Source: Vicinamibacterales bacterium
GTDB lineage: Bacteria; Acidobacteriota; Vicinamibacteria; Vicinamibacterales; CAVVIG01
Direction: 5' to 3'
Assembly (NCBI GenBank): GCA_035510155.1
Contig: DATKHR010000065.1
Span: 8,911 to 72,910 of the forward strand
Length of the DNA: 64,000 nt
The translations under genes were made by a program, and so were the position numbers. Under the pieces are notes generated by a model. It made no database searches. It was not told the origin of the DNA and saw only the letters and a program-made list of their open reading frames with translations. Numbering within the stretch: the first letter of the stretch is position 1; each line of letters begins with the position of its first letter. This document shows positions 36,228 to 45,762 of this stretch, in pieces.

Positions 36228-37310
36228 ATGCGCATCCTCGGGATCGAGACCTCGTGCGACGAGACCGCCGCCGCCGTTGTCGAAGAAACGGGTGACGGAT
36301 TCAAGCCATGGGCGATCCGTTCGAACGTCATTGCCTCACAGGTCCCAATCCATCGTGACTGGGGAGGCGTCGTTCCCGAGCTGGCATCGCGCCAGCACAT
36401 TCGCGACATCTCCGGCGTCGTCGAGCGCGCGCTCGACGACGCGCAGACGTCGTGGCGCGATCTCGGCGCTGTAGCCGTGACCCAGGGGCCCGGGCTGGTC
36501 GGCTCCTTGCTCATCGGCGTGTCGTTCGCCAAGGCCGCGGCAGCCGCCGCCCGGCTGCCTCTTGTGGCCGTGCATCACCTTGCCGGCCACATCGAGTCGC
36601 TCGTGCTGGAGAACGGCGAGATGCCTCTCCCGGCCGTGGTTCTCGTCGTTTCCGGTGGCCACACCAGCCTTTATCACGTCGATCGGCCGGGACATTACGC
36701 GCTCATCAGTCGAACGCGTGACGATGCGGCGGGCGAGGCGTACGACAAGGTGGCGAAGCTGCTCGGTCTCGGGTACCCCGGCGGGCCGATCATCGACCGA
36801 CTCGCCGCGCGGGGGAATGATCGTGCGGTCGCGTTGCCGACGACGAGGCTGACGCATGCGGACAGGAATGCGCCGGATCTGCGGGGCGATCTGGACTTCA
36901 GCTTCAGCGGGCTGAAGACGGCCGTAATGCGCTACGTTCGGGGGAGAGGCGCCGCCCGTTTTCCGGGCGAAACAGGCGGCGCGCCGCCGCCCTTCACTGA
37001 AAGCGAAATCGCGGATATCTGCGCCAGCTTTCAGCGGGTGGTCGTGGCCGTGCTGGTCGAGCGGTTATTCGATGCGGCCAGGCGGTTTCAGGCCAGAAGC
37101 GTGGGGATTTCCGGCGGAGTCTCCGCGAACAGCCGCTTGCGCGCGGAGCTCGAGGCGCGCGGCAGGGCGCGCGAGGTTCCGACCTTCGTGCCGAGCCTGG
37201 CGCTGGCGACCGACAACGCGGCCATGATCGCGGCGGCTGGTCTGCGCAGGCTTCACACAGGGCTCGTCGCGCCGGCCGATCTCAACGCGGACGCCGCGTT
37301 GTCGCTCTGA
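36228..37310 (+). CDS. tsaD: tRNA N6-adenosine threonylcarbamoyltransferase TsaD
   Basis: ATG 36228 lies 2 nt after the mtnA stop (the track ORF starts at 36201). Motifs ILGIETSCDETAAAV, HHLAGH, VSGGHTSL and GGVSANSRLR. Confidence 0.92.
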   Translation: MRILGIETSCDETAAAVVEETGDGFKPWAIRSNVIASQVPIHRDWGGVVPELASRQHIRDISGVVERALDDAQTSWRDLGAVAVTQGPGLVGSLLIGVSFAKAAAAAARLPLVAVHHLAGHIESLVLENGEMPLPAVVLVVSGGHTSLYHVDRPGHYALISRTRDDAAGEAYDKVAKLLGLGYPGGPIIDRLAARGNDRAVALPTTRLTHADRNAPDLRGDLDFSFSGLKTAVMRYVRGRGAARFPGETGGAPPPFTESEIADICASFQRVVVAVLVERLFDAARRFQARSVGISGGVSANSRLRAELEARGRAREVPTFVPSLALATDNAAMIAAAGLRRLHTGLVAPADLNADAALSL

Positions 37311-37320
37311 CGACGATCTG

Positions 37321-37830
37321 ATGGCCCGCGAGTTCCCGTCTCACCCCATTGTCGGCGTTGGCGCCGTGGTGGTGGACGGCGAGTCCGTTCTGCTCATCCG
37401 GCGCGGACAGGAACCGCTGAAGGGCGAGTGGAGTCTGCCGGGCGGGGCTGTGGAGCTCGGCGAAACGCTCGATGCCGCCATAGTGCGCGAGGTGCGCGAG
37501 GAGACAGGGCTCGACATCGCGGTTGGTCCCGTCGTCGAAGTACTCGATCGGCTGCGCCTGGCGTCCGACGGCCGGGTCCGCTTTCACTATGTGCTCATCG
37601 ACTTTCTGTGCCGGCCGGCGGCGTCAGCATCAGGACCGCGCTCAGCCTCAACCTCCTCAACCGCGCCGATCGCCTCCGCGTCCGACGCGGACGCCGCCGA
37701 GTGGGTTGACGTGAAGGATCTGGCTGCCTACCGGGTCGCCGACGCGACGGTCCGGGTCATTCGCAAGGCTTTCGATCGCTCTCGGGCCGGATCGTGGGCT
37801 CCCCTCGGCGGGTATCAGAAGGGCGAATAG
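37321..37830 (+). CDS. NUDIX hydrolase
   Basis: Nudix box GGAVELGETLDAAIVREVREETGL. Confidence 0.85.
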   Translation: MAREFPSHPIVGVGAVVVDGESVLLIRRGQEPLKGEWSLPGGAVELGETLDAAIVREVREETGLDIAVGPVVEVLDRLRLASDGRVRFHYVLIDFLCRPAASASGPRSASTSSTAPIASASDADAAEWVDVKDLAAYRVADATVRVIRKAFDRSRAGSWAPLGGYQKGE

Positions 37831-37834
37831 CTGA

Positions 37835-39337
37835 TCACTGCGCCCTTGGCTTCCACGCCAGGTATACAGGCACGCCCATCAGCACGATGATCAGGCCCGG
37901 CCAGGTGGTCGCCGTTCGGTACACGAACAGGACGAGCAAGATGGTCGCGGCGCCCGCGATATAGAGTGCAGGGACGACGGGATAACCCACGGCTCGATAG
38001 GGTCGATCGACGCCGGGTCGTGTCACGCGCAGCCGAAAGATGCCTGCGATGGTCAGGATGTAGAAGATCAACGCCGCGGAGATCACGTAGTTGAGCAAGT
38101 TGCTGTACAGGTTGCCGTACGTGCGCGCGGCTGCGTCGTAGGTGCGCGGCAGCACCAGGAACGCGGCCCAGCATCCCTGCAAGACCAGCGCCCACGCCGG
38201 TACTTTTGCGGCGTTCAATTGTCCCGACCTCCGGAAGAACAAGCCATCCCGTGCCATGGCGTAGTACGCGCGCGCCCCGGCGAGGATCAGCCCGTTCATG
38301 CAGCCAAAGGTCGAGATCATGATCGCGATCGCCATGATTGTCGGGCCGAGCCCACGGAAGATGGCGTTCACGGTGGCCGTTGCGACGCGATCGCCGGCCG
38401 CATGTTGAATCTGATCGAAAGGCAGCGTCACCAGGTACGCGACGTTTGCGAGCAGATACAAGCCGATCACGACGCCGGTGCCAAGAGCCAGTGACAGCGG
38501 GATGTTGCGGCGCGGATCTTTGACCTCGCCCGCCGTGAACGTGATGTTGTTCCAGGCGTCGGCGGAAAAGAGCGATCCGGTCTGCGACACGCAAATGGCG
38601 ACGAACAAACCGAACGCGGTGACCGCCGTGAGGCCCGGCACGATCTCCACGACGCCTCGCACCTCCAACAGACGGCCGAAATTGTCGGCAATCGCCCGGC
38701 TGTTCCAGCCGAGCAGCAGCCCGACGAGGATCAGACCCGCGAGCGCGCCGGTCTTCGCGGTCGTGAACACATTCTGAATAATCTTTCCGTATTCGAGACC
38801 GCGTGTGTTCGTCCACGTCAGGAGCGCGATCACCAGGACGCCGATCGCCTGCGTGGTCGAGAGCGACAGCGCGTAGCCGGCCGAGACGTGGATCGGTCCA
38901 ATGAGGTAGTTGTCGTCGCGGATCCACGGGACGAGCGCGCCGAAGTAACGCGCGAAGCCGACGGCGACGGCGGCAATTGTGCCGGTCTGAATCACCAGGA
39001 ACAGCGTCCACCCGTAGAGAAACCCCCACAGCGGCGAGAACGCCTCGCGCAGATAGACGTATTGGCCGCCCGCCCGTGGCATCATGGCGGCCAACTCGCC
39101 GTAAGAAAGCGCGCCGACTACGGTGAGGAGGCCGGTGAGGACCCAGGCACCCAGCAGCCACCCGGGACTCCCGACGGTGCGTGCCATGTCGGCCGAAACA
39201 ATGAAGATGCCGGATCCGATCATCGAGCCGACGACGACCATCGTGGAATCGTAGAGGCCGAGGCCGCGGTGAAATTCGGTATCGAGGGCTATGGCGACCG
39301 GCTCGACGCGGGTTGCCTGCACAGTGGAATTGGCCAT
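37835..39337 (-). CDS. APC-superfamily amino-acid permease
   Basis: 500-aa ORF with ~12 TM helices and N-terminal GSGIFIVSADMAR typical of APC transporters. The overlapping same-strand ORF 37815..39374 is Arg-rich junk. Confidence 0.85.
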   Translation of the reverse strand: MANSTVQATRVEPVAIALDTEFHRGLGLYDSTMVVVGSMIGSGIFIVSADMARTVGSPGWLLGAWVLTGLLTVVGALSYGELAAMMPRAGGQYVYLREAFSPLWGFLYGWTLFLVIQTGTIAAVAVGFARYFGALVPWIRDDNYLIGPIHVSAGYALSLSTTQAIGVLVIALLTWTNTRGLEYGKIIQNVFTTAKTGALAGLILVGLLLGWNSRAIADNFGRLLEVRGVVEIVPGLTAVTAFGLFVAICVSQTGSLFSADAWNNITFTAGEVKDPRRNIPLSLALGTGVVIGLYLLANVAYLVTLPFDQIQHAAGDRVATATVNAIFRGLGPTIMAIAIMISTFGCMNGLILAGARAYYAMARDGLFFRRSGQLNAAKVPAWALVLQGCWAAFLVLPRTYDAAARTYGNLYSNLLNYVISAALIFYILTIAGIFRLRVTRPGVDRPYRAVGYPVVPALYIAGAATILLVLFVYRTATTWPGLIIVLMGVPVYLAWKPRAQ

Positions 39338-39394
39338 CAGGCGCTCCTGAACTAAGATTCCGGAACGTTATCACGGGTTGTTGAAAGCGAGTCT

Positions 39395-39967
39395 ATGTCC
39401 TTGAATCGCAGCGAAGCCTGGCAACTGTTGACCGAGTACACGAAGAGCGAGAGCCTCCTGAAACATGCACTGGCCGTCGAAGCGGCCTTGCGTGGCTACG
39501 CGCGCAAGTTCGGTGAGGATGAAGACGATTGGGGCGTCACTGCGCTCCTACACGACTTTGACTACGAGCGATGGCCGACGCTCGGCGACCATCCCAACAA
39601 AGGCAGCGAGATCCTGCGGGCGAAGGGGTACCCGGACTGGATGATCCGGGCGATCCTGTCGCATGCCATGGAGATCACCGGCGTAACGCGCGAGAGCCGG
39701 CTCGAAAAGACGCTCTTTGCCTGCGACGAGCTTGCCGGCTTCATAACCGCAGCGGCGCTCGTCCGGCCGAGCAGGAGCGTGCTGGATCTGGAGGCCAGCT
39801 CGGTGAAAAAGCGGATGAAGGACAAGGCGTTTGCCCGTGGCGTCAAACGAGAAGACCTCGTCTCGGGCGCCGAGATCCTCGGGTTGGCGCTCGACGACCA
39901 CGTCACGAATGTCATTGGATTCATGCGTGAGCGCGCCGGCGAGCTCGGGTTGCGGGGTTCGCTCTGA
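39395..39967 (+). CDS. HD-domain (HDIG-like) phosphohydrolase
   Basis: 190-aa ORF with LKHALAVEAA...LLHDFDY (H...HD motif). Confidence 0.75.
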   Translation: MSLNRSEAWQLLTEYTKSESLLKHALAVEAALRGYARKFGEDEDDWGVTALLHDFDYERWPTLGDHPNKGSEILRAKGYPDWMIRAILSHAMEITGVTRESRLEKTLFACDELAGFITAAALVRPSRSVLDLEASSVKKRMKDKAFARGVKREDLVSGAEILGLALDDHVTNVIGFMRERAGELGLRGSL

Positions 39968-40059
39968 CAGGCTCATGACGAGCCGTACGGAGCTTCCATC
40001 GGCGCGCGGTTCGGACCTTTTCGCCCTCAGGCGCCGTATATCCCCGTATATCGAACTCC

Positions 40060-41034
40060 ATGGCTGAAGCCTCTCCCGCGGCGTCGACCGTGACGCTCGA
40101 TGGCGTGACCGTGGCCTACGGCGCGAGCCGGAGGGCGGGAGCCCGCGGATCGGACAATGTCGCGCTTCGCGACGTGACGGCGTCGTTCCTGCCGGGCGCC
40201 GTCGGGCTGCTCGGGCCGAATGGCGCCGGCAAGAGCACCATGATCAAGTCGCTTCTGGGCTTTCTCATGCCGGAGCGGGGCCGCATGCGCGTGCTCGGGC
40301 TGGACGTTGCCGAGGCGCCGCTCGAAATTCGCGCGCGCGTGGGCTACATGCCGGAGACGGACGGGCACATCCCGGGGATGAACGCTGTGTCCTTCGTGGC
40401 GTATTGCGGCGAGCTCGCCGGCTTGCCGCACGTCGACGCCATGCAGCGCGCGCACGAAGTGTTGTTCTATGTCGGCCTCGGGGAAGCGCGGTACCGGAAC
40501 GTCGAGACGTACTCGACCGGCATGAAGCAGCGCATCAAGCTCGCGCAGGCGCTTGTTCACGATCCGGATCTGCTGTTTCTGGACGAGCCGACCAACGGGA
40601 TGGATCCCAGGGGGCGCGACGAGATGCTCGAGCTCGTGCGCGACCTGGCCCATAACAAGGGCGTCAACCTGATTCTCTCGTCACATCTGCTTCCCGACGT
40701 CGAATACACCTGCGAGCACGTCGTCGTCATGGACAAGGGCCGCGTGGCCACGGCAGGACCGATTGCGGCGTTGAAGCAGCCACGCGGACGCGTCTACGAG
40801 CTGCGCGTGAAGACTCCCAACGGCGATCTCGAAGCGTTTCTCGAACGGTTGCGCGCCGCTGGTCTCGATTGTCACGCGACCGACGAGGACGTCATGAGGG
40901 TGTTCGTCCCCGGCGAAGGCGGGGCTCGAGAAATCTTCGCCCTGGCCGCGTCCGATCACGTCCAGGTTCGTCATTTGCGGCCAAGCGTGCCGACGCTCGA
41001 AGACGTATTCGCCAAAGCGGTGGGGGAAGAGTAA
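40060..41034 (+). CDS. ABC transporter ATP-binding protein (ABC-2/CcmA-like) 1
   Basis: Walker A GPNGAGKST, signature YSTGMKQR, Walker B LLFLDEPTNGMD and a ~100-aa C-terminal extension. Confidence 0.9.
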   Translation: MAEASPAASTVTLDGVTVAYGASRRAGARGSDNVALRDVTASFLPGAVGLLGPNGAGKSTMIKSLLGFLMPERGRMRVLGLDVAEAPLEIRARVGYMPETDGHIPGMNAVSFVAYCGELAGLPHVDAMQRAHEVLFYVGLGEARYRNVETYSTGMKQRIKLAQALVHDPDLLFLDEPTNGMDPRGRDEMLELVRDLAHNKGVNLILSSHLLPDVEYTCEHVVVMDKGRVATAGPIAALKQPRGRVYELRVKTPNGDLEAFLERLRAAGLDCHATDEDVMRVFVPGEGGAREIFALAASDHVQVRHLRPSVPTLEDVFAKAVGEE

Positions 41035-41056
41035 CGGTGAGCGCGTCGCACCTGAA

Positions 41057-41098
41057 GCCACGAGCCACGAGTACCGAGCCACGAGCCACGAGTACCGA
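41057..41098. repeat. perfect 2 x 21-bp (6 x heptamer) tandem repeat in the ATPase-permease spacer
   Basis: GCCACGA GCCACGA GTACCGA repeated twice, at 41057-41077 and 41078-41098. It ends 3 nt before ATG 41102. Confidence 0.9.
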
Positions 41099-41101
41099 GT
41101 A

Positions 41102-41938
41102 ATGCCCATCCACGATCAGGGCTATCGCCGATACAGCGGCGGCAAGACGCGCGGGCGCGGATGGACGGTCATCGCCCGGAACGGCATCCGGTCGTTTCTC
41201 GGGAAGAAGGCGTTTCTGGGCCTGATGCTGCTGTCGTGGTTTCCTTTTTTCGTCCGCGCCGTGCAGATCTACGCGGCGGCCAATCTGCCGCAAGCGGCGT
41301 TTCTCGCACCCAAAGCCGAGACGTTCCGCCAGTTTCTCGATCAGCAGGAAATCTTCGTATTCTTCGTCACCGTGTATATCGGCGCGGGCCTCATCGCCAA
41401 CGACCGCCGGGCCAATGCGCTCCAGATCTATCTGTCGAAGCCGCTCACACGCGCCGAGTACGTCTTCGGCAAGCTCGCGATCCTCATGACGTTCCTGCTG
41501 CTGGTCACATGGGTGCCGGCCATCCTGCTGCTGCTCATTCAGATTGCGTTCGCCGGCAGCCTGACGTTCATCAAGAACAACGCCTTCCTGCTTCCGGCCA
41601 TTACCGTGTTTGCCTTCGTACAGGCGGCGGTCGTCGCCGCGACCATGCTTGCGTTGTCGTCGCTGTCGAACAGCAGCCGCTACGTTGGCATCCTGTACGC
41701 AGCCGTCCTGTTCTTCACGCAGGCGATCTACGGCGTGGTCTACGCCGTGACACGGAGCACGGGCATGTCGTGGATTTCCCTGTCGGCGGATCTCACGCAG
41801 GTTGGCGACGTCATCTTCCGTCTGCCGCCGAAGTACGACACACCGTCCGTCGTGTCGTTCATGGTGATCGTGGCGGTGACCGCGGGTTCCGCGCTCATCC
41901 TCGATCGCCGGATCCGCGGGGTCGAGGTCATACGGTGA
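41102..41938 (+). CDS. ABC-2-type transporter permease 1
   Basis: 278-aa ORF with 6 predicted TM helices and N-terminus MPIHDQGYRRYSG. Confidence 0.75.
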   Translation: MPIHDQGYRRYSGGKTRGRGWTVIARNGIRSFLGKKAFLGLMLLSWFPFFVRAVQIYAAANLPQAAFLAPKAETFRQFLDQQEIFVFFVTVYIGAGLIANDRRANALQIYLSKPLTRAEYVFGKLAILMTFLLLVTWVPAILLLLIQIAFAGSLTFIKNNAFLLPAITVFAFVQAAVVAATMLALSSLSNSSRYVGILYAAVLFFTQAIYGVVYAVTRSTGMSWISLSADLTQVGDVIFRLPPKYDTPSVVSFMVIVAVTAGSALILDRRIRGVEVIR

Positions 41939-42897
41939 TTGACCACCCGCACGACCGTGTGGCGGACGGGCAGGCCGTTCCGGCCATCGCCGCCGATCAC
42001 CTCTCCAAGTGGTATGGACAGGTCATCGGATTGAACGACGTGTCGGTGTCGGTTCCCTCCGGCGTCACGGGTCTGCTCGGCCCAAACGGAGCCGGCAAGT
42101 CCACGTTCATGAAGCTCATGACCGGCCAGTTGAAGCCGAGCAAAGGCGCCATTACCGTCCTTGGTGAGCCGATCTGGGAGAATCCAAGGCTATTCTTCCG
42201 GATCGGGTTCTGCCCCGAGCAGGATGCGTTCTACGAGCGCATGACGGGGCTCGAGTGGGTGAGCGCGCTCGTCCGCTTGAACGGGTTCGCCGAGGATGAC
42301 GCGCGGGCGACGGCGAGCCGGGCGATCGAAGCGGTCGATTTGACCGAGGCGGCGAACAAGAAAATCGGCGCCTACAGCAAAGGCATGCGGCAGCGCGTCA
42401 AGATGGCGCAGGCGCTCGCCCACGACCCGGAGCTCCTGATTCTGGACGAACCGCTGGCGGGCATGGATCCCATCATGCGGCGCAGGACCATCCGAATGAT
42501 CAGAGACTGGGGCCGCGCCGGCAAGACCATCATCGTCTCGAGCCACATCCTGCACGAGATCGAGTCGATGACGTCCAACATCCTGCTCATCAATCAGGGC
42601 CGGATTCTCGCCGAGGGCAACGTCCACCAGATTCGGGATCTCATCGATGATCATCCCCATACGATTTACGTCAGGGCCGACGAGACGCGAGCGCTCGCCC
42701 GGGAATTTCTTGGCTACGACGACGTACTGAGCCTGAGGTTCGAGGACAATGCGGTCGTCGTGCAGACGGGACGCCCGGATGCCTTCTACGCGCGATTGAC
42801 CGACCTCGCGGCGTCGGGCGCAGCCGGCGCGATTCATGAGGTCACGTCACCGGACGACAACCTTCAGGCGGTTTTCCAGTATCTGGTCAGGACATAG
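41935..42897 (+). CDS. ABC transporter ATP-binding protein 2
   Basis: The track ORF 41161.. is 5'-extended in another frame of the permease. In-frame GTG 41935 overlaps the permease stop (GTGA). Walker A GPNGAGKST, signature YSKGMRQR, Walker B LLILDEPLAGMD. Confidence 0.88.
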   Translation: MIDHPHDRVADGQAVPAIAADHLSKWYGQVIGLNDVSVSVPSGVTGLLGPNGAGKSTFMKLMTGQLKPSKGAITVLGEPIWENPRLFFRIGFCPEQDAFYERMTGLEWVSALVRLNGFAEDDARATASRAIEAVDLTEAANKKIGAYSKGMRQRVKMAQALAHDPELLILDEPLAGMDPIMRRRTIRMIRDWGRAGKTIIVSSHILHEIESMTSNILLINQGRILAEGNVHQIRDLIDDHPHTIYVRADETRALAREFLGYDDVLSLRFEDNAVVVQTGRPDAFYARLTDLAASGAAGAIHEVTSPDDNLQAVFQYLVRT

Positions 42898-42944
42898 TCC
42901 AGAGAACACGGCCACAGAGGCACAGAGAAGGCGCTCACCGAACC

Positions 42945-43778
42945 ATGCGAAGCCAGCGAACTCCCGCCCTCGTGCCATCGGCGATGCGCATCTTCGATTT
43001 GTCGCTGGGGCAGATGCTCTGGTCCCGCCGATCGGTGTTTCTTGGCGTGCTGCTGGGCGGTCCGGTCCTGCTCGCCCTCGGGCTTCGTGTGATCTCCGCG
43101 CTGTACCTGTCGGGCTTCCGGATCAACGGCGCGATGGCTGGCGGGGCGACCATCTTCGGGATGATGATCTGGTTGCTGTATCTGCGGTTCATTATTCCGG
43201 TGCTGGGCGTCTTCTACGGGACGGCGCTCATCGCCGATGAAGTCGAGGACAAGACGATTACCTATCTTTTCACGCGGCCGATTCCGCGGAGAGCCGTGCT
43301 CGTCGGCAAGTACTTCGCGTACCTCGTGTGCACGTCGCTTCTGATCCTGCCTTCCGTCGTGCTCGTCTATTTCTTGATTGTCCCGATCGGGGACGGAAGC
43401 ATCGGCGCAGCTTTTCCGTCGCTCGTGAAGGATCTCGGCATGCTCGTCGTGGGCCTCGCCGCGTACGGCGCAGTCTTCGCGCTCGTCGGCACGCGACTCA
43501 AGCGCCCGCTCGTCGCGGGACTTGTATTTGCGTTCGGGTGGGAGCCGGGCGTCATGTTTTTTCCGGGTTACCTGAGGCGCGCGACGGTGGCCTATTATCT
43601 GCAAGCACTTGTCACGCACGAGATGCCGCAGGACTCCGCCGTCAGCGTCCTGCTGCAGGTGTTTCGCGAGGTGCCGGACGTTCTGACGAGTCTGGCATCG
43701 CTCGGACTCATCACGGTGGCGGCATTGTGGGTGGCGGGGCGATCGGTCGAACAGCGGGAATACGTTCTCGATCAATAA
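42945..43778 (+). CDS. ABC-2-type transporter permease 2
   Basis: 277-aa polytopic ORF directly following ATPase 2. Confidence 0.75.
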   Translation: MRSQRTPALVPSAMRIFDLSLGQMLWSRRSVFLGVLLGGPVLLALGLRVISALYLSGFRINGAMAGGATIFGMMIWLLYLRFIIPVLGVFYGTALIADEVEDKTITYLFTRPIPRRAVLVGKYFAYLVCTSLLILPSVVLVYFLIVPIGDGSIGAAFPSLVKDLGMLVVGLAAYGAVFALVGTRLKRPLVAGLVFAFGWEPGVMFFPGYLRRATVAYYLQALVTHEMPQDSAVSVLLQVFREVPDVLTSLASLGLITVAALWVAGRSVEQREYVLDQ

Positions 43779-43828
43779 TTTGGGAACGTGGCGCAAGGCC
43801 CGTCCGTATAAGAGTATCGAGGGGCCCT

Positions 43829-44911
43829 ATGACGGCGAGAACCCGGTATTTCGTGATTGTTTCGCTTCTGGTGCTTAGTGTGGGGCTTGGCACCGGCCTC
43901 GTCGCCTACTACATCGGATTCCCAGCCGGCGCGTTTACGCGCACGGGCGGCCCTGAGGAATTGCAGTTTATTCCGCGCGACGCAACGGTTGTGGCCTATG
44001 CGGATGTTCGTGAAGTCATGGCGTCGGAGTTGAGGCAGAAGCTCCAAGCCTCCGTCCCCGTGGCTCCCGACGGGCGGCGCGAATTCGAAGACAAGACCGG
44101 CATCAACATCGAAACCGACGTCGACCGCGTCGTCGCGTGCCTCAATCCCTCCCGTCACAGCACGAAGCCGGAAAACGCTCAAGGCGCGGGTATGGTCCTC
44201 GCGCGCGGGCGCTTCAATGAGACGAAGATTGAGGCTTTGATGCGGGAGCACGGCGCGGGAGTCGAGGACTACCGTGGGAAGCGATTGATCACCGGCACCA
44301 TGCTCGCCGATCGGAACGGCGACAACAGCGGCGACAACATCCACGCCGGACAGAATCACGAGCTCGCCGTGGTTTTTCTCGAGCCCGGACTCCTCGCAAT
44401 TGGGACCCCCGTCCTCGTCCGGTCAGCTGTCGACCTTCACCAGGCAGGCGACAATCCGCAAGCCGGCCTGCAGAGCGTTGCGAGCAACGATGAGCTGATG
44501 AGCCTCGTGCGATCGCTCGAAGCCGGCAACCTGTGGGCGGTCGGTCGCTTCGACGTGCTCGAATCGCAGGCACATCTCCCGCCGGAAGTCACGACGCGCC
44601 TGCCCGCGATCACGTGGTTTGCCGTCAGCGGTCACGTCAACGGAGGGCTGCGCGGCCTGATTCGCGCGGAGGCGCGAGACGAGGAAGCCGCCAACAACCT
44701 GCGTGACGTCGTGCGTGGTTTCGTCGCGCTCGGCAAGATGCAGGCCGGCTCGCGATCCGATGTCCAAGCGTTGATGCAGTCGCTCGAACTCGGCGGCACG
44801 GGCAAAACGGTTGCGCTCTCGTTCAACGTGCCGGCCGAAATCTTCGAGGCTGTTGCCGCCGCAGCCGGGAGTCGCGCACCCCGGGGAGAGAAGAAGCCCG
44901 AGATTCGGTAA
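43829..44911 (+). CDS. membrane-anchored periplasmic protein, unknown function (fifth gene of the ABC cluster)
   Basis: Track ORF 43328.. trimmed to ATG 43829 (MTARTRYFVIVSLLVLSVGLGTGLVAYYIG anchor), with SD GAGGGG upstream. I recognise no motif. Confidence 0.65.
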   Translation: MTARTRYFVIVSLLVLSVGLGTGLVAYYIGFPAGAFTRTGGPEELQFIPRDATVVAYADVREVMASELRQKLQASVPVAPDGRREFEDKTGINIETDVDRVVACLNPSRHSTKPENAQGAGMVLARGRFNETKIEALMREHGAGVEDYRGKRLITGTMLADRNGDNSGDNIHAGQNHELAVVFLEPGLLAIGTPVLVRSAVDLHQAGDNPQAGLQSVASNDELMSLVRSLEAGNLWAVGRFDVLESQAHLPPEVTTRLPAITWFAVSGHVNGGLRGLIRAEARDEEAANNLRDVVRGFVALGKMQAGSRSDVQALMQSLELGGTGKTVALSFNVPAEIFEAVAAAAGSRAPRGEKKPEIR

Positions 44912-44956
44912 CACACGGCCCGCGTTTGTCATCATTTTTTCACACATCCGCGCCGG

Positions 44957-45397
44957 TTGACGCACTCGCGCCGTGCACCTACACTCCACGGCAGGTTGAC
45001 CGATCTCGTTTTTTTCTACGGCACGCTCATGAGCGGCTTCAAGCGCGAGGGACGTGCGCGCCTGGACGCCATGCTCGAGCCTCAAGGCCGCGGATCGATT
45101 CAAGCGGCGCTTTTTGATCTCGGTATTTATCCCGCAGCGGTTCCCGCGACCGACAGCAAAGTGTGGGGCGAAGTGCACCGTATGGTGGATACGGATGCGG
45201 TGCTGGCGTCGCTCGACGAAATCGAAGGCTTCCGCTCGAGCGAGCCGGACGCCAGCCTCTATCGACGGGTCGAGGCCGCCGTGCGTTTGGAGGACGGCCG
45301 CGACGCGACCGTATGGACGTATTTCTACAATGCCCCGCTTGGCCGCGCCGAGCGGATCGAGTCGGGCGACTACCTCCAACACCTCAAGGTAAAGTGA
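44957..45397 (+). CDS. gamma-glutamylcyclotransferase (GGACT/AIG2-like) family protein
   Basis: FFYGTLMSG motif followed by GxxxxxYP-type core. Start is ambiguous between TTG 44957 and TTG 44996. Confidence 0.75.
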   Translation: MTHSRRAPTLHGRLTDLVFFYGTLMSGFKREGRARLDAMLEPQGRGSIQAALFDLGIYPAAVPATDSKVWGEVHRMVDTDAVLASLDEIEGFRSSEPDASLYRRVEAAVRLEDGRDATVWTYFYNAPLGRAERIESGDYLQHLKVK

Positions 45398-45408
45398 CGA
45401 TCAAAGAG

Positions 45409-45756
45409 TCATGACGGGGGTAGGCGGCCGTCCGTGATTGCCTGCACGAAGTCGGCGACCGCATCGTCTACGCGGTCGGGCGGGTCGACGAATTCGAGGC
45501 CGGATCGGTAGACGATAAGCTCCTGGTCGGCGTGGCTGATACTGCAGTGCACGACCCGTCCTTTGAGCACGACGGATTGCTCGCCGAGCATCAGACGACA
45601 CTCGTAGAGCAAGTCGAGGTGCAGTGGAAAGGCCGTTTCGACCTGGATGCCGCCGCGGCTGATTTCCTTGATGGCCATGGGCTGAAAGACCATCACCTCG
45701 CCAAACAGCTCGCCCAATATCTGAACGCGTTTCCGGTCCCGGTTATTCTTTATCAA
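45409..45756 (-). CDS. PilZ-domain protein (c-di-GMP receptor candidate)
   Basis: 115-aa ORF with a TTG start 6 nt after the upstream stop. Contains RDRKR (RxxxR) and EISRGGIQV ([D/N]xSxxG-like). Confidence 0.7.
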   Translation of the reverse strand: MIKNNRDRKRVQILGELFGEVMVFQPMAIKEISRGGIQVETAFPLHLDLLYECRLMLGEQSVVLKGRVVHCSISHADQELIVYRSGLEFVDPPDRVDDAVADFVQAITDGRLPPS

Positions 45757-45762
45757 GCTCGA

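Noticed and set aside
35039-36532. 497-aa minus-strand ORF
   Set aside because: It is antisense to mtnA and tsaD, both of which have strong family motifs.
37815-39374. 519-aa minus-strand ORF, same strand as the permease but in another frame
   Set aside because: It is extremely Arg/Pro/Gly-rich, whereas the 37835..39337 frame gives a textbook 12-TM APC permease.
41161-41934. 5' part of the 578-aa track ORF 41161..42897
   Set aside because: It reads an alternative frame of permease 1 (Arg/Pro-rich). The ABC ATPase homology begins only after in-frame GTG 41935. The same logic was used to trim 24644, 30848, 43328, 56317, 6318..8417, 28324..29511, 29303..30505 and 50998..53955.
44423-45382. 319-aa minus-strand ORF
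   Set aside because: It overlaps two plus-strand genes (the anchored protein and the GGACT-like gene) and has no recognisable domain.
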